This document shows positions 1 to 10,600 of a DNA stretch of 64,000 nucleotides, piece after piece. Position 1 is the stretch's first letter, and each line of letters begins with the position of its first letter. Origin of the DNA: a virus (taxonomy: Duplodnaviria > Caudoviricetes); IMG/VR virus record IMGVR_UViG_3300033121_001619, positions 32,001-96,000 of that record; one strand, 5' to 3'. The notes beneath the pieces are model-generated. The model ran no database searches and was not told the DNA's origin. It worked only from the letters and a program-made list of their open reading frames with translations. Position numbers and translations under genes: made by a program.

Positions 1-70
1 TCTTGAACGTCCGGATGGACACCGCATCTAAATAGAGGGTGAGGTCACGTCACCTCAGGAGGTATCTAGA

Positions 71-778
71 ATGAAGAGGCTGTTTGCACTCGTCACGTCG
101 ATCATTGTCCTCGTCGCATGCGAGAAAAATGAGAGACCGCATCGTCCCATGGGAGAATCGGAGACGTGCGTCTCCGATTGTGGTGGTCAGGGTGGAGGTG
201 GATCGGGAGGCGCCGATGGCTCTGGTGGGGGTTCCGGGGGAGATGCGGGCGGAGGGGGTGGTGTCAGTGCGGTCGGTTCTTCGGCCCCGGTGACGAAGTT
301 AGACATGACTGATGCCATCACCGTCTTTCGAGGTCGTCATTTCTTCCTGAGCAACTTCTATCCAGCGTCTCTCTGGATGGATGGTGTTCAATACAAGACG
401 GCTGAGCACGCTTATCAGGCGTCCAAAGCCGACAACGTCGAAGCGCGTGATGTCATCAGGAACGCATCGAGTCCTGCCGAGGCCAAGCGCCTCGGCAGGT
501 GCGTCAAACTTCCCGCAGATTGGGATCAACGTCGTCTGTCCGTCATGAGGAACGTCATCGAAGCGAAATTCGACAATCCGTTCTTGTCCGAACTTCTTCG
601 ACAGACGGGCGATGCTGACCTGATCCACGAGAACACGTGGAACGACAGATTCTTCGGCGTGTGCCGTGGATCGGGAGAGAATTGGCTAGGTCGCCTATTG
701 ATGGAGACGCGAGATCGTCAGACGAGAGTGACGAACGTGTTACCATCGACTCATGAAGAGAGTCCGGATCACGACTAG
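71..778 (+). CDS. NADAR (YbiA-like) domain protein with an N-terminal lipoprotein signal and Gly-rich linker
   Basis: NADAR motifs FLSNFY, TAEHAYQASK, AKRLGR, EAKF, LIHENTWNDRFFG and GENWLGRLLM. The N-terminus MKRLFALVTSIIVLVAC ends in a lipobox. An in-frame TTA at 740-742 may be the real end. Confidence 0.85.
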   Translation: MKRLFALVTSIIVLVACEKNERPHRPMGESETCVSDCGGQGGGGSGGADGSGGGSGGDAGGGGGVSAVGSSAPVTKLDMTDAITVFRGRHFFLSNFYPASLWMDGVQYKTAEHAYQASKADNVEARDVIRNASSPAEAKRLGRCVKLPADWDQRRLSVMRNVIEAKFDNPFLSELLRQTGDADLIHENTWNDRFFGVCRGSGENWLGRLLMETRDRQTRVTNVLPSTHEESPDHD

Positions 779-1241
779 AAAAGGTCATAAGAATCCATGG
801 AGTTTCGTCGTTTACGATTCCGTGGAGTCTGCTTTTTGCTTGAGAGAGACGCCCCCGAGCGAGAGCGAGGAGATGGGTTACTCGAAGACGATAGAAGCGT
901 CACGTGGCGACATCCTCGAAGTCGAGTGGATGGGAGCGGAATGGTTGAGTCCCAGGGACCTCGGAGGTCCGGACGAGACTAACGTGGCTCCCGCGAGATA
1001 CGACCTGGTGCGAGTCGCGCACGCTAAATCCGACGTGATCGATGAACGTCGACAGCCGAAGTACGTCGAGATATACTCTGGCTGGATATCGGGAGATGCC
1101 TTGATTTGGGTCAACGGTGCCACCCAGAATGGTGCCAAAATAACTCGTATCCTCACGGAGGACGAATCATCATTCGACTTTTCTGTGCTTTTCTCCGATG
1201 ACGCAGGAAGACCGGTCTCGGACGGTCAAGACACGAACTAG
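753..1241 (+). CDS. hypothetical protein
   Basis: 162-aa ORF that fills the gap between NADAR and the convergent structural gene. Confidence 0.6.
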   Translation: MKRVRITTRKGHKNPWSFVVYDSVESAFCLRETPPSESEEMGYSKTIEASRGDILEVEWMGAEWLSPRDLGGPDETNVAPARYDLVRVAHAKSDVIDERRQPKYVEIYSGWISGDALIWVNGATQNGAKITRILTEDESSFDFSVLFSDDAGRPVSDGQDTN

Positions 1242-3650
1242 TCGTAAGCGATTTCTTGCCTTGCCGTCGAAATATGGCATGGAAGAAGTGGCCTCGGTGC
1301 TGACGTTACAAGAGTCAGTGGACGTCGGACTCACTGACTCCACGTAGATGTGTCCTATCCCACGATCGTCCTTCGTGTAAGTCCTACGAACGAACTGGAC
1401 GTTCACGGGTGACGAACCGACGTCCTTCACCGACTTGATCACGGGATTGTCGACGGTCGTCGTCCGAGTACGAATGGCGTCTCGTGAAAACACCTCGTTG
1501 CCGACGATCGTCGATTCCACGTTGATGAACTTCGTGTACTGACGCTGTTCGAGCATGTCGCGGAAGTGTCCGAAGTGATCACGTCTGAATACTGCGCGCG
1601 TGTGATGAGGAAGTCCGCTCACGAGCCCGTGCTTCCATCCCCTGATGATGGGTGCCACTCCGTAGTGGTGCGATCGATACAATTCAGAAGATCCTGACGT
1701 CTGAGGCGTGTAGGACCCATACGTCGGGTTGAATCTCGTGTCCACGATGCGAGTCCTGAACGTCGGATAGTTGTTCCCTCCTATCCTAGAAGTCCTGTCG
1801 ATATCGAACGACGCAGACGTGTATTGGACTATCTCGACGTCGTCGATGGCAGCCAACGATCCCGTCGGAGAAGACGTCGATGATCCTAGCCTGAAATCGA
1901 ACGTCACGCGATACTCGCCAGGATCGTATGGATAAGGGTGGGGAACTGACGAGGCACCCACATAGGGATTCTTTCCAACGCCTGACACTCGCGTGTCGTA
2001 TTGAGACATGGTCACGTAAGTGTCGCCCAATACCACCTCGATCGATTGGATCGAGTCGACGCCACTCGAAGATGCCTCACCGCTTGGGCGTCCAGGAAGA
2101 CCGGAGAAAAACACGTACAGACCTGACGTCGGTGAACCCACGACGGCTCTTTTGTATCTCAAGATCCACGGATAAGACGACGTCACGTCCATCACGCAGA
2201 TGGACGACGACGTAGCGTCACCTCCGAAAGTCGCGATGGTGTCGGAGACCAGTACCCAGCTATTCGATGGAGACGAGGACGACACCCAGTAGACGCCGGG
2301 AGCCTTGACGCTCGACCCGGATATCGTGTTGTAGGTGACGGATGATCCGCTACCGAAGTAATTGGTGGAGTCGAGATACGTCGACGTCCTGCACGCTGCC
2401 CTCCATGGATTTTGACCCACGTTGGGGGACATCGACCAGCTGACTTCCAGCCAAGACGACGCCAACGTATCGCCGAAATATGAGGCACTTTGCACCATGT
2501 GATACGACGCCGACGAGGCAGTCTCATTCACGGTGAAGCTTTGCGTGTATGCCGTCACACCTGCGGAATCGTCGAACAAGTACCTGTCGTGACAGACCGT
2601 GTTGAGATCTCCGAATCCATACAGGAACTTGAACAAGTCGACATCCGTCATTGATCCCGTGATCTTTTCCGATCCGACGTCGGAGAAGCCCAGGTCGACG
2701 AGGTAACCGTGACTATTCAACCTGTCTAGCCTGACGTCGGCGGGCACGACGTTGCCGTGCGTGACATCGTCATCGAAACGTGACGATGTCAAGTTTCGAG
2801 GCTTGTGAAGAGTCAGCATCACGGCCTCTCCGCTCGATCCTGTCGCAGAGTACGTGGATCGATATCCATTGCTTCCGGTGCCGAGGAGGTCGTAGGGAAT
2901 CCTTCCAGGCAGGATGGGAATTAGGCCTTTGGTCGGACGGGGCTTCTTGGACAGGATTGGTGATTCCACGCCATCGACGCTAACGTTTGCTTGAATGACG
3001 GTCGTTGCATTGAACGTCATGTTGGCTAGACGATTGACGGAGGAGTAACGAGCCTCGAAGGGATACGACCACGTCCACGTGTCGTCGTTCAGCGGATCGA
3101 TGTCAAAACCTTCTCCTGACCGGTCCCTTTGGGATCCGTTGAAGGTGACGAAAGCGACATTCCCTGTGACGACGTTGCGAAACGGGCTGAGGAAGGTGTT
3201 GGAAGCGTTGGACGGCGTCCACAAGTGTCGTCCTTGTGATTTGAGACAGTCCTTGTAGTCGGGGACGCAAGAGTCGTAGTACCTCTCGGTCTCATCAAAA
3301 CACTGAACGTTCCTGTAGTTCGTGTGCGACACCCTCTCGTCCCACGGGACTAGACGATATGACAGGTGTGGAACCTGCGTAACGTCAGACGATCCATACG
3401 TGTCGTCGAGAATGGGCGCAGTCGAAGAGTAATACTTGCTGAAAGCTCTCCCACGACTCGGCACCGACGTCGAGAATATGGGTCTCTTACTGCCGACTTT
3501 GAACGACGGCAAGACGACGAGCATCGTCCCAGTGACGTGGTCGTCAATCATCTTCCCGTAGAACGAGGCGTCGTAGTCGACGTCGTACTGATCAAGGACT
3601 GGATCGTCTCCAATGACGTCCTTGACGACTTCGGTGAAAATTGGCGTCAA
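1170..3650 (-). CDS. Ser/Thr-rich putative virion structural protein
   Basis: 826-aa ORF in the structural operon with many SGS/TGS motifs. Its C-terminal block (FRRDHFGHFRDMLEQR...PYFDGKARNR) is followed immediately by TTA at 1247-1245. Confidence 0.75.
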   Translation of the reverse strand: MTPIFTEVVKDVIGDDPVLDQYDVDYDASFYGKMIDDHVTGTMLVVLPSFKVGSKRPIFSTSVPSRGRAFSKYYSSTAPILDDTYGSSDVTQVPHLSYRLVPWDERVSHTNYRNVQCFDETERYYDSCVPDYKDCLKSQGRHLWTPSNASNTFLSPFRNVVTGNVAFVTFNGSQRDRSGEGFDIDPLNDDTWTWSYPFEARYSSVNRLANMTFNATTVIQANVSVDGVESPILSKKPRPTKGLIPILPGRIPYDLLGTGSNGYRSTYSATGSSGEAVMLTLHKPRNLTSSRFDDDVTHGNVVPADVRLDRLNSHGYLVDLGFSDVGSEKITGSMTDVDLFKFLYGFGDLNTVCHDRYLFDDSAGVTAYTQSFTVNETASSASYHMVQSASYFGDTLASSWLEVSWSMSPNVGQNPWRAACRTSTYLDSTNYFGSGSSVTYNTISGSSVKAPGVYWVSSSSPSNSWVLVSDTIATFGGDATSSSICVMDVTSSYPWILRYKRAVVGSPTSGLYVFFSGLPGRPSGEASSSGVDSIQSIEVVLGDTYVTMSQYDTRVSGVGKNPYVGASSVPHPYPYDPGEYRVTFDFRLGSSTSSPTGSLAAIDDVEIVQYTSASFDIDRTSRIGGNNYPTFRTRIVDTRFNPTYGSYTPQTSGSSELYRSHHYGVAPIIRGWKHGLVSGLPHHTRAVFRRDHFGHFRDMLEQRQYTKFINVESTIVGNEVFSRDAIRTRTTTVDNPVIKSVKDVGSSPVNVQFVRRTYTKDDRGIGHIYVESVSPTSTDSCNVSTEATSSMPYFDGKARNRLRLVRVLTVRDRSSCVIGEKHRKVE

Positions 3651-5338
3651 GATCGAGCCCTCCTGCCGAATTGTACGTACGATCCATACAGCGTCATGTT
3701 GATTGTGCCCGAAGTCAGCGAGACGTCGTGACCGGTCGACCCGGTCGCATAGACTATCGAATGGGTGTAGTTTCGTCCAACGTCTACGTCTGATGACGTC
3801 GGGACGTTATGGCCGCTGGCCGATACCGCCGGTCGGGTCTTCGTTACAGCGAGGACGAATCTATCGCCTGGCTTCGCGAGATACGGCGACTGTTTCGTGG
3901 CCGTGTGGGCGAAGTCAGTCAAGAAGTAGTAGTTAACCAGCGTCCGATTTGGATAAGACGACGTGAACACGGAGAGCTCGGAAGCCAGAGACGAAGAGAT
4001 GGTCGCGTACGCCGTCGCTTTCTCGGAGACGTCAGGTGTATAGTACGGATTCTTGATGTAATTCTGTCCGCCGAAGGCAGCCGGAGTCTCGTATTCTCCT
4101 CCGAATATGCTAGCACCGCTCGGGGAGAAACCCGTCATGCCTCTCCCATAGGGATCTATTCCACTGTACAGCCACTGTAGGGCTTCGAACGTCTTGGGTT
4201 GAGGAATCTTGTCGTTCGACAGGAGGCCGTCGACGTAAGTCAGGAAGTCAGTCGGCGTGAAGATCGAGTCACGATTTCCTGACGTACCTGACGTGTACGA
4301 CCCAGTGATCGAAAGGATTCTGACGAAAGCTCCCAGAGCACCATTCGTCGACGCAACCTCCATGGGAACGACCACGGACCCGGTCATCGTCGTCGTCGAT
4401 CCAACGTGAGTCGACGGAGTCATTCCCTCCCACGAGACTTCCTTCGATTTGACGTTATCGGGCCAGAGGACGGCGGGAATGTCTCTGACGACTAGTCTGT
4501 GCGTCGTGTCGTCAGAATGCGTGACGGTACCCGATGACACCAGGTCTCTGATCGAGGACGTGCCATACGATTTTTGACAAAATAGCGCGAACGTCAGACC
4601 AGGACCGCCAGAGTCGACGTAGACACCGGGAGAGCTAGCTGTCGTGTAATTGAACGTTCCCGTCGTCGCAGAATATCTAATCAACGTACGATCGTTGAAC
4701 CATCCAGCACCGGCCGCGATGGGTACTTCGAGTACGACCTTCTCGATCAAGAAGGGAGCGTCGATGTTCAACGAGAATTTCTCGTCGGACGATGCTTCGT
4801 AGAGAGACGAGCGCTGGATGGAATTGGGATAGTCGTCGGAAGCAGCCTCGAGGGCGATCGCCAGAGTCTTGCTGGGAGCCGATATGGCTCTGATGGTCTG
4901 ATTCCATCGATCGACTGACGATGTGATCACCTGCCTGATTATCTCTGAGCTGCCCGACGCCAGGGCACGACCTCGCGGATCGAATCCCTTGTAGTCCTCA
5001 GGATAGACGGTGCCGGGGGTGCACTGTTGTCCGGTAGAACCGTACGTCTTTATCGACGTCGTGTCCATCGCGTACTTGTCGAAAGGACCAACGTGATCTC
5101 CTACGGACCTCGTCGGGATGTTCCACTCTCCTCGTCCGAAGTGGAAGTAGTATATGCTACTCGACGTCGGTAGCATTCGAACGGGTCTCTTCACGGAAAA
5201 CGAGACGCGTATCTGTTCTTTGTTGACCAGACTTGACGCGAAGGTACCGGGTTCGTACCCTAGACTGGGACTCGATCCTGTCAGATAGAAGCTGCCAGTT
5301 TGACCCTGCTCGAATCGTGCGCTCTCGACGAACGTCAT
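3647..5338 (-). CDS. Ser/Thr-rich putative virion protein
   Basis: 563-aa ORF coupled to both neighbours by 4-nt start/stop overlaps; TGS/SGS-rich. Confidence 0.75.
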   Translation of the reverse strand: MTFVESARFEQGQTGSFYLTGSSPSLGYEPGTFASSLVNKEQIRVSFSVKRPVRMLPTSSSIYYFHFGRGEWNIPTRSVGDHVGPFDKYAMDTTSIKTYGSTGQQCTPGTVYPEDYKGFDPRGRALASGSSEIIRQVITSSVDRWNQTIRAISAPSKTLAIALEAASDDYPNSIQRSSLYEASSDEKFSLNIDAPFLIEKVVLEVPIAAGAGWFNDRTLIRYSATTGTFNYTTASSPGVYVDSGGPGLTFALFCQKSYGTSSIRDLVSSGTVTHSDDTTHRLVVRDIPAVLWPDNVKSKEVSWEGMTPSTHVGSTTTMTGSVVVPMEVASTNGALGAFVRILSITGSYTSGTSGNRDSIFTPTDFLTYVDGLLSNDKIPQPKTFEALQWLYSGIDPYGRGMTGFSPSGASIFGGEYETPAAFGGQNYIKNPYYTPDVSEKATAYATISSSLASELSVFTSSYPNRTLVNYYFLTDFAHTATKQSPYLAKPGDRFVLAVTKTRPAVSASGHNVPTSSDVDVGRNYTHSIVYATGSTGHDVSLTSGTINMTLYGSYVQFGRRARS

Positions 5339-6558
5339 CTGTCATTCCTCGCGTCGACGACAATCTGATCGTACATGCCTGGTGTCACCGATCTCTCGAC
5401 GCGAATGCTGCCTGACGTGAATAGACCGGTACTGAATCCTTCATCTGACACTCCGTAACCTCTCTGCGTCAGGAGTGACACGGGCATCATCGAAGGATAT
5501 TCGACTTGACACTCGACGAAAGGTACAGTCCTCCTGTCGTCGAATAGACCGGGAGAAGATATCACTCTTGTATTTGCGTCTCTTCGTGAGACATCCGTGC
5601 GACTAGTCATTCGTCGTCGCGCAGGAGGTGCGAATACGAATGACGCACCGAACGTCGTCTGGCCAGGCCAGTGACGAGAGACGTCCAGCGACACGCCATA
5701 CGCGACCGGTGTCGAGTATGATCCCAGGTCGATGTCTGAATAGCCTGCGTCATGGATGCAACCTCCGTTGACGTCGATGTTCCGCGTGTCGTCATTTCTA
5801 CGGAGGTGTATCGAAAAGTCCCTGAATCGATTCAGACCGTGACTGAAGACGCCGACGGTGGCGCCAACGGTCGCCGGCTCCGGAGCCTTCACGATCTTCG
5901 GAGCGTAACCGAATCGTATGACTCCGTTCTCCCTCAGCGTGACGTCGAAATAGACGATGTTGTAAGGAGACGTGTAGTTAGCAAACGATTTCCAGCGAAT
6001 CAGCAGGAATTTTCCGAAGGCATCGACTCCCTGACAATACTTGACCCCTGCGCCCGAGGAGTCTATCCCGGGAGGAACTTCGTACTTACCGAATTCCGAT
6101 AGCACTAGGACTGATGCGGGATAACCGACCGTCGAGGCGTATGTGTCTGCTCCGGAATCTCGCAAAGTAGCGTACACATTTCGAAGATCGTCGAACCATG
6201 GTGCGATGACGACGTGGTCCTCTGAGAACGAAGACGAGATGTCGTCGTTGGCGTACGTGACGCCAGTGGTCAGAACGTGCGAATTGATGTTGACGTGGGA
6301 TCCTGTGTAGTCGGGTGATATCAACACGCACCAGCCGTTCGTGTTGACATACACCCTGTTGTGCGTCTTTCCGTCGAACGTGAAGGGAAAGCCGATCGAC
6401 ACTTCAGCGTCTGAGTCGTCAATGCCGGGATATCCGGCATTGCCAGGAATCGATAGCAGTGACGATTCTGGGACGGAATGCAGTCCTTCTCCTGGACCGG
6501 CTCGATACGACAGGACGTAGTCCTCTAGACTTCTTGATGGAGGTGATCGATCACTCAA
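5335..6558 (-). CDS. putative virion protein with a nidogen/NIDO-like domain
   Basis: IGFPFTFDGKTHNRVYVNTNG...VIAPWFDDL...FDVTLRENGVIRFGY resembles NIDO-like domains. Confidence 0.65.
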   Translation of the reverse strand: MSDRSPPSRSLEDYVLSYRAGPGEGLHSVPESSLLSIPGNAGYPGIDDSDAEVSIGFPFTFDGKTHNRVYVNTNGWCVLISPDYTGSHVNINSHVLTTGVTYANDDISSSFSEDHVVIAPWFDDLRNVYATLRDSGADTYASTVGYPASVLVLSEFGKYEVPPGIDSSGAGVKYCQGVDAFGKFLLIRWKSFANYTSPYNIVYFDVTLRENGVIRFGYAPKIVKAPEPATVGATVGVFSHGLNRFRDFSIHLRRNDDTRNIDVNGGCIHDAGYSDIDLGSYSTPVAYGVSLDVSRHWPGQTTFGASFVFAPPARRRMTSRTDVSRRDANTRVISSPGLFDDRRTVPFVECQVEYPSMMPVSLLTQRGYGVSDEGFSTGLFTSGSIRVERSVTPGMYDQIVVDARNDR

Positions 6559-7697
6559 GACTTGATCCTTCCGCCGTAAGCTATCGAGTCAGTTCCAGAC
6601 GCTCCCTCGTACATGAATCCACACGTCGACGACCTGCTACCCTCAGGTACGTGTTGTATTCCTCCCGGGAGCATCGCGTTCAGGGCCGTCATCATCTCAT
6701 CATCATAAAGCGTCGCAGACAGACGACGACCGGCTGGGCGGTGCTCATCGATCCACGGATCGATCGACTCGAGAGAATCGTTCACGTAGCCCACTATCAC
6801 ACCCACGAACGACCCGGATGCATCGCTAACGACACCGTACCGATCACAGTCGTCGACGTACCACGTCGACTTCAACGACACGTCTCTTTTGTCGACGTCC
6901 AGGACGAATTCCGTGTATCCTCGTCCGTTCGTGTTGCCCTCAGAGATCGTCGACCTGATGCCTCGTGGTTCGAACGGAAAGTAGGTCGAGAAGTTCGAGA
7001 TGACGGAACGTATCGGGAACGGTTCTATGATGCCGTCGAGCACCTCGTTCTCCAAGAGGTTCCGGTCGGACGTCACTATGGGATAGGTGAATGAGGCGGT
7101 GTCACCTCCCGATTCGACGTATTTCACGGGGTCGAAGCTGTCGACCTCGTAGAAAATGTCCGGATCGATGACGCTCAATGACGGTACGCCGAAGTGACGT
7201 CTTTCGACTAGGTGACCGGGAGTCCCAGCACTTATCTTGACCAGACCTGCCGTCCACTGGGAGTCTCTCGATATCTCCACGCCGTTCCGAAAACCATCGA
7301 CGGATCCGGAGGCATAGAAGTCGATGCTCGGCGACAGTATCTTTCGTTGAGCCCCAGAAGCATCGACGACTATCGACGACGTCGGGTGGACGTCGGAGTT
7401 CGATCCGGACATGTCCGTCCGATGAGTGAGGAGAGAGAACAGACCGGTCGCTGTCGACGAACCAGATACCGTCGATGCCTCGAAGGAGTCCTCGAACCAC
7501 GTGGCATCACGCAAGAGAATCTGTTGACGCGTGTCGAAGTATCTACCGCTGTGAGTCAACGAGATAAACGTGGGAGCCTGTCGTCCTAGGGCGACCTCCG
7601 ACACGGGGCGGAGGCTGGTGCTCTTTAGAGACGTAGGTGACAGGTTGAGCGTGGTCTGTCCGACGGTCTGGGACGCCTTCTCTTGGAAGTTTATCAT
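6555..7697 (-). CDS. putative virion structural protein
   Basis: 380-aa ORF in the operon with LDGIIEPF and terminal GTDSIAYGG motifs. Confidence 0.7.
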   Translation of the reverse strand: MINFQEKASQTVGQTTLNLSPTSLKSTSLRPVSEVALGRQAPTFISLTHSGRYFDTRQQILLRDATWFEDSFEASTVSGSSTATGLFSLLTHRTDMSGSNSDVHPTSSIVVDASGAQRKILSPSIDFYASGSVDGFRNGVEISRDSQWTAGLVKISAGTPGHLVERRHFGVPSLSVIDPDIFYEVDSFDPVKYVESGGDTASFTYPIVTSDRNLLENEVLDGIIEPFPIRSVISNFSTYFPFEPRGIRSTISEGNTNGRGYTEFVLDVDKRDVSLKSTWYVDDCDRYGVVSDASGSFVGVIVGYVNDSLESIDPWIDEHRPAGRRLSATLYDDEMMTALNAMLPGGIQHVPEGSRSSTCGFMYEGASGTDSIAYGGRIKS

Positions 7698-7698
7698 G

Positions 7699-10600
7699 TC
7701 AGTACTTCCTCAAACGTCCCACGACTTGCATCACCTTGATGCCATCGAAGACTTGTCGTCTCGAACCGGTGTAGTTCTCGTGATGGTTGTAGAGACGCTT
7801 GTGTCGCTCGAGCATGTGAGACTCTATCACGTAATTTGTCCCCTTGTAGTGGGTCCTACTCGACACCAGCTGCTCTATGAAAGACGTTATCGACACGTCG
7901 AACCACTTGTAGAAATCGAGGAATCTCTTGAAGTCCGGACGACCAGAGAGACGGTTGAAGTAGACGTCGCGAAGGCGATCGAGGTCCGGATAATCGACAC
8001 TGAAGGCTAGCTCCGGTCGACCTAGCGCATCTCCCATGGCACCGAGGTCTGAAAACATGTTGACCATGTCTCGATCCAACGAGTCGATCATGGAGAACTC
8101 TATGGAGAGACGAGGATCGTCGAGAGGTTCCTCCGAAGCCAGTGTCGGAGCACTCAAGTACGTCGGGGCTTGCACCGCCCATGGGTCATCAGCCGCCAGA
8201 GACGGATCTATGAAGCTTCGAATCCGAACTTTGTCGTCGGTCGAAGACTCGTCGAAGGAGGGTGAGATGTGCGTGTATTCCATGGGATGTCCGATGATGA
8301 CACGTGTGTCATACGACAGACCCGTTCCCGTCGTGTCCCTTCCGTTGAGGCTGAGGTCACGAAAGACGATCGATCCCGTGGCGTCCGTCGTCCTGCTCGA
8401 CTGCTTGTTGAGAGTGTCCAATCGCAATTTCCCGAACGATCCCGACACGTTCGACGTGAAGTTGTAATTCACCCCGGGATCGAAGACGCCCAAGGACCTG
8501 GGATTCCTCACCCTCTCTCTCCACTCTCGCTCCGTCGTTCCCTTCGACCAAAACCTCAGTCCTCCGACCCACCCCACGTAGTCGACCGTCCGGGCTTCGG
8601 AGTCTACGTTGACGCTGTCATTCAAGAAAGGACGACCGACGCCGTAATTCAGGGTCTGCTGTCGTCCAATGCAGACGAATGACCCGGAAGCATTATGCGA
8701 ACCCGTGACGATCTGAAGGACGTCGTCGGAAGAAGTCGACTCCCTGAAGTAGGACGACGTCACATACGTCTCCGTGAGATCTCCAGACTCTAGCTTGCCT
8801 ACTCTCAGGAAATACGACGATGACATCGTCGGTATCGCTTGATCGTCGCTACGATGTCTACCGAAGGAGACGTTCCACGCGTCTCCATCGAACAATCCGC
8901 TTCCAGACACGTCGACGGACATCACGAGGACGGGAGACGAACCTGTCACGGACGTCCGAAGATACGCTCGGACTTGAGACGATACTTTGGGGTATCTAGT
9001 CATCTGCGTCGCTATGACGTTACAGATCAATCCTGGATCGACACCGGTGCTCGATCCCGTCACCAGGACCCTCATGAGCGACTGGTTTCCGTCGGTGTCG
9101 TTGATGTCTTCTAGGGCTTGCGGAGGAATCTTGAACAGGCCCTCGAGAGTCCACGATCCGGACGTGAGAAGACCGTCATTCGGCGACGTCGTCCCACTTC
9201 GACCGTCCACGCCGTAGACGAAAGATCCGACAGGTTCCGGCCAGCCTGGTTCTACTCGCGACGACGACAAGAAGGGAGTCGTTATGAGAGACGACGTCGC
9301 TAGCGTGACCATTCCGATGACGTCCATGCGACGTTCACGTGATGAGTCCAATTGCTTGACCGTCGGCCCTCCGTACTCCCTTATCTTCAGGGAATTCTCG
9401 GGATCGATTCCTATCGATCGAAGGAAGGCTTTTATACTGTGCCTCGTCCCCTTCGATCGAATGATGTCGGGCATGTTCGTCAGGACTCGACGCATCATCG
9501 CCGCCTGGATGGTCTTCAGCGGTACCGATGAGTCTATCAGGCCGGCGACATTGACTCCATCGACGAACTGTTCCGTCGATGCGTGATTGAAGAACGTCGG
9601 AAGATGGAATCCGGATTGACGAACGTAATCGTTCAAGAAGTTGTCGGGGATGGTGTCGTACTCGTCGTAATCGACGGTGCGAATGTTTCCGAACGACTCG
9701 ACGAACAGTTTCACCTCGTCGAAGAACTTGGCCCAGATGTACAGGAACGTGAGGATGATCTGTACGGATCCCACCTTGGCCGACCCAGGAGCCCCATTTC
9801 CTTCGACGACGTCCCCTCCATTGCCTTCCACGGTCTCGAATCCGTCTTGGGAAGCACCTTCGCGAAGGTAGTGTTGAGGGACCAGCTTCAGTATGTTGTT
9901 GGGATTCGTCAGATCGTATGCACGTGCATCCGTCAGAAGCTCAGAGTTGAGATCCGTCACACCGGAATAGTATGGGAACAGCACGATCTTGTGACGATGT
10001 GATTCGTTGACCATGACGTTCTCGTCATCGGCGGACATGTCTCTTCGGAGTGACGAGGTGTGATTCGACACGACCGAGTGCAACGAATTTCCTGAGCTAT
10101 CGAGGACCATGGAGCTGTACGATGACACGTCGCTCGATCCAGTGGGCTCATTGAAACGATAGTATAGCTTGAGGGTGGGCGAGGAATCGAGCCCTCTAGA
10201 CGCGTATAGTTTTTGCGCCCTTATAGTCCGAGCCTCGTGGAATAGACGAAATTCGTCCATCGTTCCGCTCAGCGTGCACGTAGGTGTCACTGCGACGCCG
10301 TCGACGGTGAATCGGGATCCGGATCCGATCGTGAGCGGGATATCATCGACCGGAAGCTTACCGAACGACACGTAATTCCTGCTCACACCTGCTAGCTCTT
10401 CGTCCACGTACACACGAACCGTCCCGGAGAGCGCTTCCTTATCGACGACGGCACACAGGTGAGTGAATCTACCCTTCTCTATCGTAGCACCTGCCCAAGA
10501 TCGCGCCGAGCCTGACGTCACTGAGAACACTATCGACGCTGACGTCGTCGAGGCCGACGAGGAGACGTAGAGTGTGAAGCCGTCGTACGACGACGTTACC

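Noticed and set aside
181-262. G-rich repeat-like tract
   Set aside because: Explained by the poly-Gly linker coding sequence.
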